Positions 20,183-30,412 of a DNA stretch of 64,000 bases are shown piece after piece (the stretch's first letter is position 1; the number at the start of each line of letters is the position of its first letter). Source of the DNA: Candidatus Dormiibacterota bacterium (GTDB taxonomy: Bacteria > Chloroflexota > Dormibacteria > Aeolococcales > Aeolococcaceae); contig CAWEEP010000042.1 of NCBI GenBank assembly GCA_963808125.1, forward strand, positions 510 through 64,509, read 5' to 3'. A model generated the notes under the pieces. That model was not told the DNA's origin and searched no databases. It was given only the letters and a program-made list of their open reading frames with translations. Position numbers and translations under genes: made by a program.

Positions 20183-20607
20183 CCGACACCCCTCTACCCG
20201 GACGGCGCGCCATCGCCGAGAACCGGCTGGAGAGCTTCGAGAACCGCACCCCCGGTCGCGACTACACGGTCCAGTTCTCCATCCCCGAGTTCACCTGCGT
20301 CTGCCCCAAAACGGGCTTTCCGGACTTCGCCACCCTCAACGTCCGCTATGTCCCCGGTCCACGCTGCGTCGAGCTCAAATCGCTGAAGCTGTACATCAAC
20401 GGCTTCCGCGACCGGGGCGTCTTCCACGAGGACGCCGTCAACGGCATCCTCGACGACCTTGTGGCGCTCCTCGATCCCCGCTACTGCGAGGTGGTCGGGG
20501 ACTTCAACGTCCGGGGCAACATCAAGACGGTGGTCACCGCCGTGCACCGGGGCGATGGCTGGGCCGAAGAGCCCGATCCCTGGTGGGAGGCGAACAGGGA
20601 CAGGTAG
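20179..20607 (+). CDS. queF: preQ0 reductase (preQ1 synthase), type I
   Basis: PEFTCVCPKTGFPDFA, VELKSLKLY, FHED, FNVRGNI. ATG 20179 overlaps the yhhQ stop. Confidence 0.95.
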   Translation: MTDTPLPGRRAIAENRLESFENRTPGRDYTVQFSIPEFTCVCPKTGFPDFATLNVRYVPGPRCVELKSLKLYINGFRDRGVFHEDAVNGILDDLVALLDPRYCEVVGDFNVRGNIKTVVTAVHRGDGWAEEPDPWWEANRDR

Positions 20608-20624
20608 CCGGACCACCGCTTGTC

Positions 20625-20650
20625 GTAGCGCACATGTTATGATGCGCTAC
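20625..20650 (+). promoter_or_regulatory. Inverted-repeat operator overlapping the -10 box of the TA operon
   Basis: GTAGCGCA-N10-TGCGCTAC, with TATGAT at 20638-20643 and ATG at 20651. Confidence 0.6.
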
Positions 20651-21073
20651 ATGTCCACCCCACTCTCGATTCGCTTCGAGCCGGCGATCCTGGACAGGCT
20701 GCGCCGCCGGGCTCGCGCCATCCCCGGCGCGACACCCTCGGGCCTTGCTCAGCGCCTCGTCGACGAAGGGCTCCGCATGGCCGACCACCCGGGGGTCGTG
20801 TTCAAAGACGGTCCGACCGGTCGTCGCGCCGCCTTGCTCCTCGGACCGGACGTCTGGGAGGTGGCGAAGGCGGTGCGCGAGCTCGACGAGCGGGGTGAGG
20901 CGGCCGTGATTGCCGCGGCGGAGCTTCTGAACCTCGCTCCGGCGCAGGTGCGTGTTGCCCTCCGCTACCAGGCGGCCTTCCCGGAGGAGATCAACTCCGA
21001 GATCGCGCTGGCTGACGAGGGGTCGGCGACCGCCGAGAGATCCTGGCTAGCCCAGCAGCGGCTCCTCGCGTGA
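20651..21073 (+). CDS. Antitoxin (RHH + DUF433-like)
   Basis: PLSIRFE..LDRLRRRA..LAQRLVDEGLRM (RHH), then HPGVVFKDGPTGRRA..GPDVWEV..VRVALRY. Overlaps a PIN gene. Confidence 0.75.
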   Translation: MSTPLSIRFEPAILDRLRRRARAIPGATPSGLAQRLVDEGLRMADHPGVVFKDGPTGRRAALLLGPDVWEVAKAVRELDERGEAAVIAAAELLNLAPAQVRVALRYQAAFPEEINSEIALADEGSATAERSWLAQQRLLA

Positions 21074-21447
21074 TTCCGGCGCAGGGCCGAAGCGCCCTGC
21101 TGCTCGACGAGATGTTCTCGCTCGCCATCGCCGAGGAACTGCGCCGGCGCGGTCACGACGTCATCGCCGTTGCCGCCGAACCGCAGCTCCGCGCGATGAC
21201 CGATGCGGACCTTCTGACGTGGTCGGCGGATCACGCGCGGCGCCTGGTCACCGAGAACGTCAAGGACTTCCGGCCGCTCCTCAACGCGGGCGAAGCGTCC
21301 GGCCCCGGACTGCTGTGCACCAGCAGCCGGAGGTTTCCGAGGAGTCGCGGCGCGGTCAGTGTGCTGATCAAAGCGCTCGACGGCTGGCTGACACGGTCGG
21401 ACGTCGCGGAGCGACCGCCCGAGGACTGGCTGACGCCCGCTCCCTGA
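21070..21447 (+). CDS. PIN-like toxin (DUF5615/VapC45-type)
   Basis: LLLDEMFS..LRRRGHDV..DADLL..LVTENVKDF. Confidence 0.82.
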   Translation: MIPAQGRSALLLDEMFSLAIAEELRRRGHDVIAVAAEPQLRAMTDADLLTWSADHARRLVTENVKDFRPLLNAGEASGPGLLCTSSRRFPRSRGAVSVLIKALDGWLTRSDVAERPPEDWLTPAP

Positions 21448-21535
21448 CCACGGCTGGGCGCCTCCTTCGCTTGGATGCTCCTGCAGGGCCGCCGTACCCG
21501 ATGGCATCGACCGTCCTCCGCCACACCCCGGCGCC

Positions 21536-22702
21536 CTACCGTCGCTGGAACACGTCCGACGGCTCGATTGGCGTTCGCCGCTCCTGCAGGTGCCACCGAA
21601 TCTCCGCCAGGGGTGGCCCCGCCGAGTACGAGGTGCCGCGACGGCTTCCGTGGGCGACGAGCAGCCCGGCCTTCACCGCGACATGGAGATCCCGTGAGGC
21701 CACCTGATTGGAGACCGTCTCCCCGATGGCACGCTCCAACCGCGTCCTGTACTGGGCATTCCGGATCCGCAGCCCGAGGGCGGCATCGCAGAGGATTCCG
21801 ACCACGCGGGGGGGGAGCCGGTGCGTCCGGATCAGCGCCTCGCACTGCTCCCAGATGACCTTCCACTCGTTGAGGCGTCGCATCACGAGCGACCCCTGGA
21901 CGTAGTGAGCGGCCAAGCAATATCGCACCCATGGTCCGGCGTCCGCGGTGGGGCTCCAGCGACCGCGGCCGACCTCACCGAGGATTGCGTAGTACGACTC
22001 GGTGTTGCGCCCGAGGTACTCCTCGATGCTGCACAGCTCCGGGGCAACCACGCCGTGCCGTGCTAGGACCAGGGTCTGGAGGCACCGCGACATCCGGCCA
22101 TTTCCGTCGCGGAAAGGGTGGATCATGGCGAGGTTCAGGTGGGCCATGGCCGCGCCAACCGTTGGCGGGGTCTGGATGCCGGCGGAGAGCCCGTCGATCA
22201 GCTCCGAGACGAGGGCGGGGATCTCGGTGGCCTGCGGGGCTTCGTACGCGATGTCGCCGCTGACCTCGTTGCTGACCCAGATCGATCCCGGACGCCAGAG
22301 GCCGGGCCCGGCGCCGTCCGAGCCCTCGGTCATCATGAAGTGGAGGCTACGAAGAAGTTGCGGGGTGTACTCGAAGTGTGGATCCTCGGAAAGCTGGAGG
22401 ACGTAGGTCATCGCCCTCTGGTATCCGACGACGGCGTGCCAGTCATCGGAGGCCCGGCCGGCCGGTTCGCCTCCCTCGATGGCGGCGAGGGCGTCCTCGA
22501 CCGAGACGTTGTAACCCTCGATGCTGTTGGAGCAGCGGAGCGCCCGGGCGGCCAGCAGACGGCGGATGGTGCCGACCCATCGATTAGGTTTGCTCGCCAG
22601 GAAGTAGCGGAGGTCGCGCCGGAGCTCATCGATCCTGTCGAGAGCGATCCGATCGTCGTCGGTGAGGGAAGGGGTTTGGAAGATCATCGGGTCGGTATCC
22701 AA
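21536..22702 (-). CDS. Fic-family protein
   Basis: Canonical HPFRDGNGRMSR motif, N-terminal SNSIEG inhibitory-helix-like motif and a C-terminal wHTH-like region. Confidence 0.92.
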   Translation of the reverse strand: MDTDPMIFQTPSLTDDDRIALDRIDELRRDLRYFLASKPNRWVGTIRRLLAARALRCSNSIEGYNVSVEDALAAIEGGEPAGRASDDWHAVVGYQRAMTYVLQLSEDPHFEYTPQLLRSLHFMMTEGSDGAGPGLWRPGSIWVSNEVSGDIAYEAPQATEIPALVSELIDGLSAGIQTPPTVGAAMAHLNLAMIHPFRDGNGRMSRCLQTLVLARHGVVAPELCSIEEYLGRNTESYYAILGEVGRGRWSPTADAGPWVRYCLAAHYVQGSLVMRRLNEWKVIWEQCEALIRTHRLPPRVVGILCDAALGLRIRNAQYRTRLERAIGETVSNQVASRDLHVAVKAGLLVAHGSRRGTSYSAGPPLAEIRWHLQERRTPIEPSDVFQRR

Positions 22703-23125
22703 AGGCCTAATATATCTGCTGGATGTACATATAATATCAGGCTTAAAGGCTAATAGCGATCGTCACGCCGATCGGAGAGGCGCTCGCGGCTCTCGGGTAC
22801 CCAGTCGTGCCGCCGTCGGATTCGGCTACGTTCCGGAGTGAGACGCCCCTTCGCATTCGCTGGGTGTGGGTCCCAGCCGCCGTCTGCTGGGGCGTGGCTG
22901 GGTGGATCGAGTTCCGGTCCTATCACCGTCTGGCCTGTCTTACGGGAGGGGTTGCCCTCGGTCTGCTCATCACCGGGCTGAAAGCCGGTCGCCCCTGGCG
23001 CGCAGCTGCGGGCGCTCCCTTCGCTCGCGTTGGTGAGCGGACTATCACGCCAGACGACGACGCCCGCTGATACGCCGGGGTGCGCCTGCAGATCCGCCGT
23101 TCTGCCGCATCGAACATGCGGCGGC

Positions 23126-24433
23126 TCAGTTCAATCGCACCCAGTCGCCCACCCGAGCAAGATCGGCGAAGTGCTCGTCGTCTTCGTAGCCGGGACGGAT
23201 GCGCAGCATCAAATCCTCCCCGTCCGTCAGCAACTCCTCGCCCAACTCGCTCGCCAGGTAGGCCACGATTCGCGGGTCGAGTGCTCCCAACCCATTCAGA
23301 CGAGGCACCTCAATCAGCAGGCGGAGGGCCGGAGCCAGCGAGGCCATGCGCTGATTCCAGGCCCCCACCGGCACCCGTGGCAGAGGACTTCCCAGCCTGG
23401 TTGCGCAGAGCGCTGCGAGGGCAAACACCCGCGTCGCATGCGGCTCGGGCATGCCATCCCAGAGCGCGCGCTCGTGGGCCATCCCGTCGAGCACGTCGCG
23501 GGCCCGGTCGAGGACGTCGTCCGGCGGAATCGCGACCCAGCATCGATCGCCCACGCTGCGGACCGCCCAGCCGCCGGCGCACGCGATGTCCCCAGCCTCG
23601 GGCGCCGCTTCCAGGCAACGGGCCAGTCGGGAACCGGGCGGGACAGGCGCTCCCGGCGGACATCCGGTCTCCTCATCCCATGTGCGGGTTGCTTTGAGCA
23701 CCCGACCGCCGCGCACGGCCGCCACGGGAAGGGACAGCTCGCGGAGGCCGAGGTCCAAGGTCGCGACGACCGTGCCGTCACCGCGATCGGCCGGCGCGTA
23801 GACCGCCCCTCCGAGTGTGTCGGCTGCGATCTTGCAGAAGCCGAGCCCCCAGCGCCCGCGATCGAAACGCCGGCGGGCGGTGACCACTCTCGTCTCCGCG
23901 GCGACCCCAGGCCATGCGACGTGGAAGGCATCCGTATCCGGGATCAGCGTCACGGAGCTCGCCCGGGTGTGACGCTCGGCGTTCACCGCGAGCTGAACGA
24001 GCACGAGGGCGGCGGCCGCCGGTGCGCGGACCGGGAAGGCAGGGCGGCCCTCGACGGCGACCTGCAGGCAGGTGCGCGCGGTGATCCCTGCCACCGCCAG
24101 GTCGATGACGTCGTGAGACGTTCCCACCGCGGCCACGCTCCGGCCGGCGACGAGACGGAGCGAGGACTCCAGCATGGCGATGCGCAGGCACTGAGAGCCG
24201 CCCGTGGAGTTCGCGGCCGCCCCCAAGGCAGTCAAGAGACGATCGAGGAGCGCCGTCGAGTTCGCGTCGACCGGGGTCGTCGCGACCGCGAGGCGAGTCG
24301 CCCGGACCGCGAAATGGACGGTCCCCGGACCGGCGCCCCGCCATTCTGGAGTGGCCGCGAGGAGGCAGTCGTCACGGTCGAGGAGAGCGGCCGCGAGAGG
24401 CAGGGAGCGTATCTCAGGAATCGTCAGATTCAT
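23126..24433 (-). CDS. Histidine-kinase-like ATPase (HATPase_c) protein with no clear H-box
   Basis: VQLAVNAERH (N-box-like) and WGLGFCKIAADTLGG (G2-like). Translationally coupled to the upstream regulator. Confidence 0.55.
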   Translation of the reverse strand: MNLTIPEIRSLPLAAALLDRDDCLLAATPEWRGAGPGTVHFAVRATRLAVATTPVDANSTALLDRLLTALGAAANSTGGSQCLRIAMLESSLRLVAGRSVAAVGTSHDVIDLAVAGITARTCLQVAVEGRPAFPVRAPAAAALVLVQLAVNAERHTRASSVTLIPDTDAFHVAWPGVAAETRVVTARRRFDRGRWGLGFCKIAADTLGGAVYAPADRGDGTVVATLDLGLRELSLPVAAVRGGRVLKATRTWDEETGCPPGAPVPPGSRLARCLEAAPEAGDIACAGGWAVRSVGDRCWVAIPPDDVLDRARDVLDGMAHERALWDGMPEPHATRVFALAALCATRLGSPLPRVPVGAWNQRMASLAPALRLLIEVPRLNGLGALDPRIVAYLASELGEELLTDGEDLMLRIRPGYEDDEHFADLARVGDWVRLN

Positions 24434-25104
24434 CGTGGCGACGGAGCCTCTGACCGCGTGGCATCAGGCGCCTTGACCGCCAGCCGGTACATGCGGTTCC
24501 CGTGCGACACCACGGTCGCGCTCGATCCCTGGCGGCGCAGCCAAGCACCGAAGCGGCGCACCGCGCGGGTGGCAGTGTCGGATGTGAAGGTGACGACCTC
24601 GGGTTGGCGCACGGTCAGGCGGACCGCGTCCCGATGGTGGTACTCCGCCTGGGTCGGCACGTGGATCAGCAGGCTGCCATTCACCACTCGCAGATCGGCG
24701 ACGCTGCGGTCGAGAAGCCTGTCCACCCGCTGCATGAGAGACGCGCCGCCCTCGCGCTTGTCGTGCAGCCAGGCGCGGGGATGCGACCGCTGGATCCCGC
24801 TGCGCACCTGGAAGGAGTCGGCGTTTGCGGTGTAGACAAGGACGAGGCAATCGGGAAAGTCGCGCCCGAGCACGGCGAGGACGTGGCTGCTGGCGAGGCT
24901 CTGGTCGGGTGCGATCGACAGGTCCCAGTCGATGATGGCCAGGATCGGATGCCCCGAGGGCACCCCTCTTCTCAGCGTGGCCATCGCTCCGGAGGCGGAC
25001 CGCGCGACAAGCGGGTGGAACCGCTTGCGTGCGAAGTGCTGGCGAAGTTCCTCCAGCGTCTCCGGGTCGTCCTCGAGGATCAGAACCTCGCCGTCGGCTC
25101 TCAT
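24430..25104 (-). CDS. Response regulator with an atypical C-terminal output domain
   Basis: VLILEDD, AIIDWDL, VYTA and HDK give the receiver residues. ATGA overlaps at both ends. Confidence 0.72.
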   Translation of the reverse strand: MRADGEVLILEDDPETLEELRQHFARKRFHPLVARSASGAMATLRRGVPSGHPILAIIDWDLSIAPDQSLASSHVLAVLGRDFPDCLVLVYTANADSFQVRSGIQRSHPRAWLHDKREGGASLMQRVDRLLDRSVADLRVVNGSLLIHVPTQAEYHHRDAVRLTVRQPEVVTFTSDTATRAVRRFGAWLRRQGSSATVVSHGNRMYRLAVKAPDATRSEAPSPR

Positions 25105-25700
25105 CGCTCTGAGGACACCACCGGCATCAGCGAAACCAGTCCCGTCTGCAGGTCGCGCCCCGGCCGTATCGGAACCCCGTGATGAGCGAGGACCCGGGCA
25201 GCGTTCCGGAACGTCGCGAGCGGGAGGTCGAATGGTCGAGAGTGTGCGGAGACCAGAGCCTGGAGCTCGGGGCTCCGGGCGAACCCGCCCCCTGGGAGGT
25301 CGACGCCGACCCCGGGAGCGAGTTGTAGGCCCAAGACCTCGCTGGACAGGGCCGACCTCACAAAGGCGACGAGGTCGGCGAAGCGCGGGAAGACGAGGCT
25401 CCGGGCAGGAAGGGTCGCAGGAGCCCGCCCGTACCACACAGTCAAGACGGGGCGAATCCGGAGAACCGCGGCGAGCTCCGGTGGGAGGACAGGACCGGTC
25501 CCGGCCAGCATCCAGGGCCACGGACGGCACGTCCGGGCGGCGTCGGCGGCCTCGTCGGGGCGCGCGTGCTTCACCACGACGTAGATGCAATCTAGTTGCT
25601 CATGCAGGCCGACCGCTAGATCGCCGTCGTCGGACAGCACAAGAAGGGCGCGGTCGCGATCCCGCGCCGGAGCGTCTCGAGATGGGTTGTCCATCGCCAT
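25101..25700 (-). CDS. Pseudo-receiver-like hypothetical protein
   Basis: N-terminal ALLVLSDDGDLAVGL resembles a receiver beta1/alpha1, but no phospho-acceptor Asp is evident. Confidence 0.5.
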   Translation of the reverse strand: MAMDNPSRDAPARDRDRALLVLSDDGDLAVGLHEQLDCIYVVVKHARPDEAADAARTCRPWPWMLAGTGPVLPPELAAVLRIRPVLTVWYGRAPATLPARSLVFPRFADLVAFVRSALSSEVLGLQLAPGVGVDLPGGGFARSPELQALVSAHSRPFDLPLATFRNAARVLAHHGVPIRPGRDLQTGLVSLMPVVSSER

Positions 25701-25826
25701 GCTAAGGTCCCCCGCTGATGTCCGCCAGCTCGCGGACAGCGGCTGGCCATGATAGCGAAGGCTCGTGCAAAAGGTGGTGAGGGTTGGTTACCATGCACCG
25801 CCTCAGCTCCGAAGGGAGGGACCGCA

Positions 25827-26493
25827 ATGAACCGGCGTCGGCTCTACGCGGCGGTCTTCTTTAGCGTCGTTCTCATCGCCGTCCTAGGCCTGCTCGTTGT
25901 CACCGAGATTGAGAGTGGCACTCAAACGGTGACCGTTCTCCGACTGCGCACGGCCGTTGAGCAGGGGGCTGTGTTCAGTGCCTCCGACGTCGAGGCCGTT
26001 CCTCTCCGGCTCGGCTCGGGCGATCTCAACTACGAGGCTCCAGGCGCCGTTCCAGCCGGCTCCAGATACTCGCTCTCTCTCCAACCGGGCGACCTTCTTC
26101 GGCCCGATGATCTCGAACCCGGCACTGGCCGGTGTCGAGGTCACCCTCATGCTGATCCAGCCGCCTCCCCTCCAGCCGGGGGATGCTGTGGATCTGTTCG
26201 CGGCCAGGGGTTCCAGCCAAGTCCTCATCGGTCATGCGCTCACGGTGGAGCAGGTCAGCGGGGACACGCTGACGGTTCTGGTGAGCGGCCAGGATGAGCT
26301 CGCGTGGGTCGAGATCGCCGCTTCCAACACTCCACTCCATGCGGTGCGAGCGACCGCTCAGGCACCAGTGGGGACCCCGGCACCCGATGTCGAAGCCGCT
26401 ATCTGCGACCTCGCCGGCGAGCAATGCGCCACTGTGACGACACCATCGGCGACGTCTGTGTCGCCCACACCGTCGCCGTCGCCGTCGCCGTGA
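25827..26493 (+). CDS. SAF-domain CpaB/RcpC-like pilus assembly protein (frameshift ~26120)
   Basis: N-terminal TM, then VEQGAVFSASDVEAV..LQPGDLLRPDDL (SAF) and LQPGDAVDLFA (RcpC-like). RBS GGAGGG. Confidence 0.65.
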
Positions 26494-27197
26494 GCCTCCT
26501 GATCGGCGTTTACACCACTCGGGCGGGTCAGACGTCGAGCTACTGGGCAATTTCCCTGGCCTGGAGCCTCGCCGAGCACCGCCGGGTGATCCTCGTGGAC
26601 TGTGATATGGAGGGAGGAACCACCGCCGACGTGCTCTACCTGCGCACCGACGATCGCAGCATCGCCAACTGCTTTGGGGACCGTTCTGTCCGCGGGACTG
26701 ACCTCGAGGCGCAGGCGGTCCCAGTACCCGGCCGGCCAGGGCTGCGCGTCGTTCCCGGGCTCCGGCAGAGCTTCGGCTTCGAGGTCTCAGACTGCCTCCG
26801 GCGCGTCGGGCCCGGCTTCACCGGCCTCGACGACGATGTCGTCATCGCCGACCTTGGGCACCCGTTGGCGCATCCAGAACTGCGATCTCCGCGGGCCAGC
26901 GCCGAGGCCATCTGCTCGATCTTCCACCGCACATTCGCGGTCATCCGCGACGAGCCCGCGCTTGTGGCCCGAAGTATCAATGTTCTTCGCGCGGCACACC
27001 CCGCCCACGGTGAGATCATCGTCTGCCAGCAGCGCTCGCGTGCCTTCCAGCGCAGCATCGGCGAAACCATCGCCCGCGAGCTGCCCGATCTTCCCGTTCG
27101 CGACGTCTGGCACTGGGACGAGAAGGCAGCGGCCAGGATGGGTGACAGCGGCGTCCCTATGCAGGTGGCCGGCCTCGCCGAGGACCTTCGTCTGTGA
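26490..27197 (+). CDS. CpaE/TadZ-like MinD-family protein with a degenerate Walker A
   Basis: IGVYTTRAGQTSS..AISLAW..RRVILVDCDMEGG..LRVVPG..DVVIADLG. Confidence 0.65.
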   Translation: MSLLIGVYTTRAGQTSSYWAISLAWSLAEHRRVILVDCDMEGGTTADVLYLRTDDRSIANCFGDRSVRGTDLEAQAVPVPGRPGLRVVPGLRQSFGFEVSDCLRRVGPGFTGLDDDVVIADLGHPLAHPELRSPRASAEAICSIFHRTFAVIRDEPALVARSINVLRAAHPAHGEIIVCQQRSRAFQRSIGETIARELPDLPVRDVWHWDEKAAARMGDSGVPMQVAGLAEDLRL

Positions 27198-27258
27198 CCG
27201 CAATGCCCGTCCGGGGCAACGACACGATACCGCCCAACGACACCGTCGCTGTCCGCGA

Positions 27259-28588
27259 ATGGCCCCGGATTCCCCGGAGGAGCGTGAGGTAGCCCAGGTG
27301 ATTGCCGCGCGGGTGGCGCAGCTGAGAGGCGCGGAGCCTCCGTCCGTGCTCCAAGAGGAACGGCTGGAAGGCGACGTCGACCTCGTCATCCACCGCGCCA
27401 TCGAATCGCCCCAGGCGAGTGGCCTGCCTCTGGCCGCCGTATCAGCTCTGTCGTGGGATCCCCACTACCGCGCTGTGGCGGTCCGCAACTCCATGATCAT
27501 CGCCTCCCACCTCTGGCCGGTATCTCTGCTCATTTACGGAGCGGATCTTGAGAACGTCACCTGCCTTGGGCACGACGAGTGGATGGTGTCGACGGTCGGG
27601 CACAAGACCGTGCTCCGTGGCGGCTCGCCCTTCGGCAGCGACGACGAGGTGATCGAATACTTCCGTCGCGTCGTGAGGCTTCGAGGCGTCACCGGTGATC
27701 GGACGCTCACGGACGCTATGCCCGTCGCCGAGGCGAACGTTGGATCAGTAATCCGGCTCGTCGTGGCAAAGCGGCCGGCCGTCTCGGGGCAGTCCGCCGT
27801 CAAAGCCGCCATTCGCATCCCTTCCAAGGCGAAAGTGCGCGACCTTGCGGACTACTTCCACAGTCAGATCCTGTCCCAGTCCATGGCGCAGCTCGTGGAG
27901 GCGCTGGTTCTTGGGCGGGCAAATATCCTCATCGCCGGGGGAACCGGGACCGGCAAGACCACTTTGATGCGGGTGCTCTGCGGGCTCGTGTCGCCTGCCG
28001 ATCACATCGTGGTTGTCGAGGACGGCGCCGAGCTGCACCTGGATCAGGATCGGGGCGACGGCGAACCGTGGCACGCGCTGACCTCCGCGATGTCGACGAT
28101 TCCGTCGATTCGAGCCGACGTCGAGACACGCCAGCTCACCATGTTCGACCTCGTCCGCCACTCGCTCCGTTTCCATCCTGACCGTGTGATTCTCGGCGAA
28201 GTCCCAGGCGAGGAGATGGCGGCGGTGTGCAAGGCTCTGATGACCGGCCATGACGGGTCGATGACGACCATCCACGCCGAGGACGCCGAGCTGGCCCTCG
28301 ACCAAGCGGTGCAGTACGTCATGGAGAACCGTCGCTTCACAGGCAATGAGAAGATGGCCCGCAGAATCGTGGAGCAGGCGTTCCACGTGGTCATCCATAT
28401 CGCCAACCAGAATGGCCGGCGCCGGATCACCGGGATTCTCGCCGTCGAGCGCGGGGGAATCACAAGTGGGCGTACCGGAGACGACCGTCGGCGGTTGGGA
28501 GCGCATGACCGAACTGGTCGGCAACCTCTCTAGGCTGGGCCCGCGTCTCCAGCCGCATCTCTGCAGCGAGGAGATCCCTCTGCCGTGA
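27259..28588 (+). CDS. CpaF/TadA/VirB11-family secretion ATPase (frameshift ~28465)
   Basis: NILIAGGTGTGKTT, VVEDGAEL, LRFHPDRVILGEV, TGHDGSMTTIHA. Confidence 0.9.
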
Positions 28589-29511
28589 ACGGCCTCGCTC
28601 TGCCAGGACCGTCGCCCGGCTTTCTCGTCGCCGGCGTCGTGGTCGTCATCGCCTGCGCATGCGGTGTGTGCGCCGCAATCCTCGATGTCAACCCGAGGCG
28701 CCTGACTGCCCGACGGGTTCATCGATTCGCCCTGCTCGAAAGGGAAAAGGACATCGCCGCGGGGCTGGGATGGCCATGGCAGCGTTGGATCTGTCTGCGG
28801 ATCCTGTTCATCGCGCTTGGGATCGTGGTCGCCTTGGCCACCGGCATCGATCTCCTATATGTCGTCGGTCCAGTCGCTGGGGCCGTCGGATTTCGTTTCG
28901 CCCTGGCAGGGCGGGCAGCCGATCGGCGATTGCGAATGGAGCGGGCCTTCCTTGGCCAGCTGCGCAACCTTCGAGACAGGATGGCGCTTTCGAATCAATC
29001 CCTGGACACGGCGCTCCAGGAGATGGGGCGCAGCCCGGGGCCCGACCTCGAATATGTGCTTTCTCCGCTCAGCCGTGGTGGCTCCACCATCGCGAACGTT
29101 GTCGAGATGGGGATGCACGCTCGCTCGCCGCTCGTGGAGCAGGCGGCCGGAGTACTGATCTGGTCGCGCAGTCGCAGCCTCAACTGGTTAATCGACACCA
29201 TCGACACCATCCTGATTCCGGTGGGAGAAGCACAGTTGGCGGTGCAGGAAGAGGGCATGGTCTCCCTTGCGCAGCAGCGCGCGGTGACGTTCGCGATGTC
29301 GGCGCTGCTGGCGGTCATGCTGGCAGTCCTGCTCCGTATCAGCAGTTTCCGGCAGTACTACCAATCGCCCGCGGGACAGATGGTTCTGGTCGTAGTGGCG
29401 TTGCTGTTCGCCCTGCTCGTCGGCCTGCTCGGTATCATTGCGCGAACTCGGGGGTGGACCCGCTGGGACCTCAGCGCCATGGCCGAGCAACAGGAGCGCC
29501 TCGGTGATTGA
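28585..29511 (+). CDS. TadB-like (T2SS-F) membrane platform protein
   Basis: Has the TM-cytoplasmic-TM topology, QYYQSPAGQMVL before the last TM, and follows the ATPase. Confidence 0.7.
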   Translation: MNGLALPGPSPGFLVAGVVVVIACACGVCAAILDVNPRRLTARRVHRFALLEREKDIAAGLGWPWQRWICLRILFIALGIVVALATGIDLLYVVGPVAGAVGFRFALAGRAADRRLRMERAFLGQLRNLRDRMALSNQSLDTALQEMGRSPGPDLEYVLSPLSRGGSTIANVVEMGMHARSPLVEQAAGVLIWSRSRSLNWLIDTIDTILIPVGEAQLAVQEEGMVSLAQQRAVTFAMSALLAVMLAVLLRISSFRQYYQSPAGQMVLVVVALLFALLVGLLGIIARTRGWTRWDLSAMAEQQERLGD

Positions 29512-30412
29512 CATCGGGGAGCTGCTACCGTACGCGCTAGCGGCCGTGGCGGTGGTCGGCCTGTGGGCCGCCCTGCTGTCTCGGCTTGACGTCTTCACTC
29601 CCAGCGACGTGCACGCCTGGCATCGGTTGGCCGATCTTCGAGGCTACGCGCCATCACGGGGACGGCTCCAAAGGGCTGCGGCCCGGATGCCGCTGCTCCG
29701 ACGAGTGCAGAACGAGTTGGACCTTCCGCGCCTCCTGGGCCTTGCCGGCCGAAACGAGACCGCTGCCGGTTTCCTGCTGCGCTCGGTGTTCCTTTCGCTC
29801 CTCTCATGTGGCCTGTGCCTGACTGTTCTGGTCATCGCTCTCGCCCAGACCGGCGGCTGGCCGATGCCACCTGTGGCGGCCCTTCTGCTCGCAGCGCTGG
29901 TCTTTCTGCTCCAGCTTTCCTGGCTGCGCACGAGGGCGCGTGTGCGCCGCGAGCAGGCCGAGACGGCCCTCGGCGACATGCTCATGCTGGTGGCCATCCT
30001 CACTGATGGACGCGGCCTGCAACTGGAGGATGCCGTGTGCATTCTGTCCCGGTCAACGAACCACCGCGCGCTCCAGGCGATCGTCGACGAACGGGGCTGG
30101 GCGCGTTTGGTCCCTGGTCGGCCTCCGAGCACGATCGTCCTTTATCGGCTCATCGCCGAGGCGTACCGAATCCCTCTCTTCGCCACAGTGGCGGATGCCG
30201 CTGCCAATGCCAATCTGGGATTTAGCGAACGTCAGATCTACACGCGACTGGCCGGCTCCGTGTATCAGCAGCGCCTCGCTGAGGCGCGCTTCCGCGCGTC
30301 GCGGGCCAAGATGCTGGTGACACTCCCGATCGCCGGGATGCTCATCCCTCTCATCGTGCTCATCGGGGCACCGGTCTTCGCCAGCATCACCGGAGGGCTC
30401 GGCAGTGGGTGA
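29504..30412 (+). CDS. TadC-like membrane platform protein
   Basis: LGDMLMLVAILTDGRGLQLEDA..., KMLVTLPIAGMLIPLIVLIGAP. Confidence 0.7.
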   Translation: MIDIGELLPYALAAVAVVGLWAALLSRLDVFTPSDVHAWHRLADLRGYAPSRGRLQRAAARMPLLRRVQNELDLPRLLGLAGRNETAAGFLLRSVFLSLLSCGLCLTVLVIALAQTGGWPMPPVAALLLAALVFLLQLSWLRTRARVRREQAETALGDMLMLVAILTDGRGLQLEDAVCILSRSTNHRALQAIVDERGWARLVPGRPPSTIVLYRLIAEAYRIPLFATVADAAANANLGFSERQIYTRLAGSVYQQRLAEARFRASRAKMLVTLPIAGMLIPLIVLIGAPVFASITGGLGSG

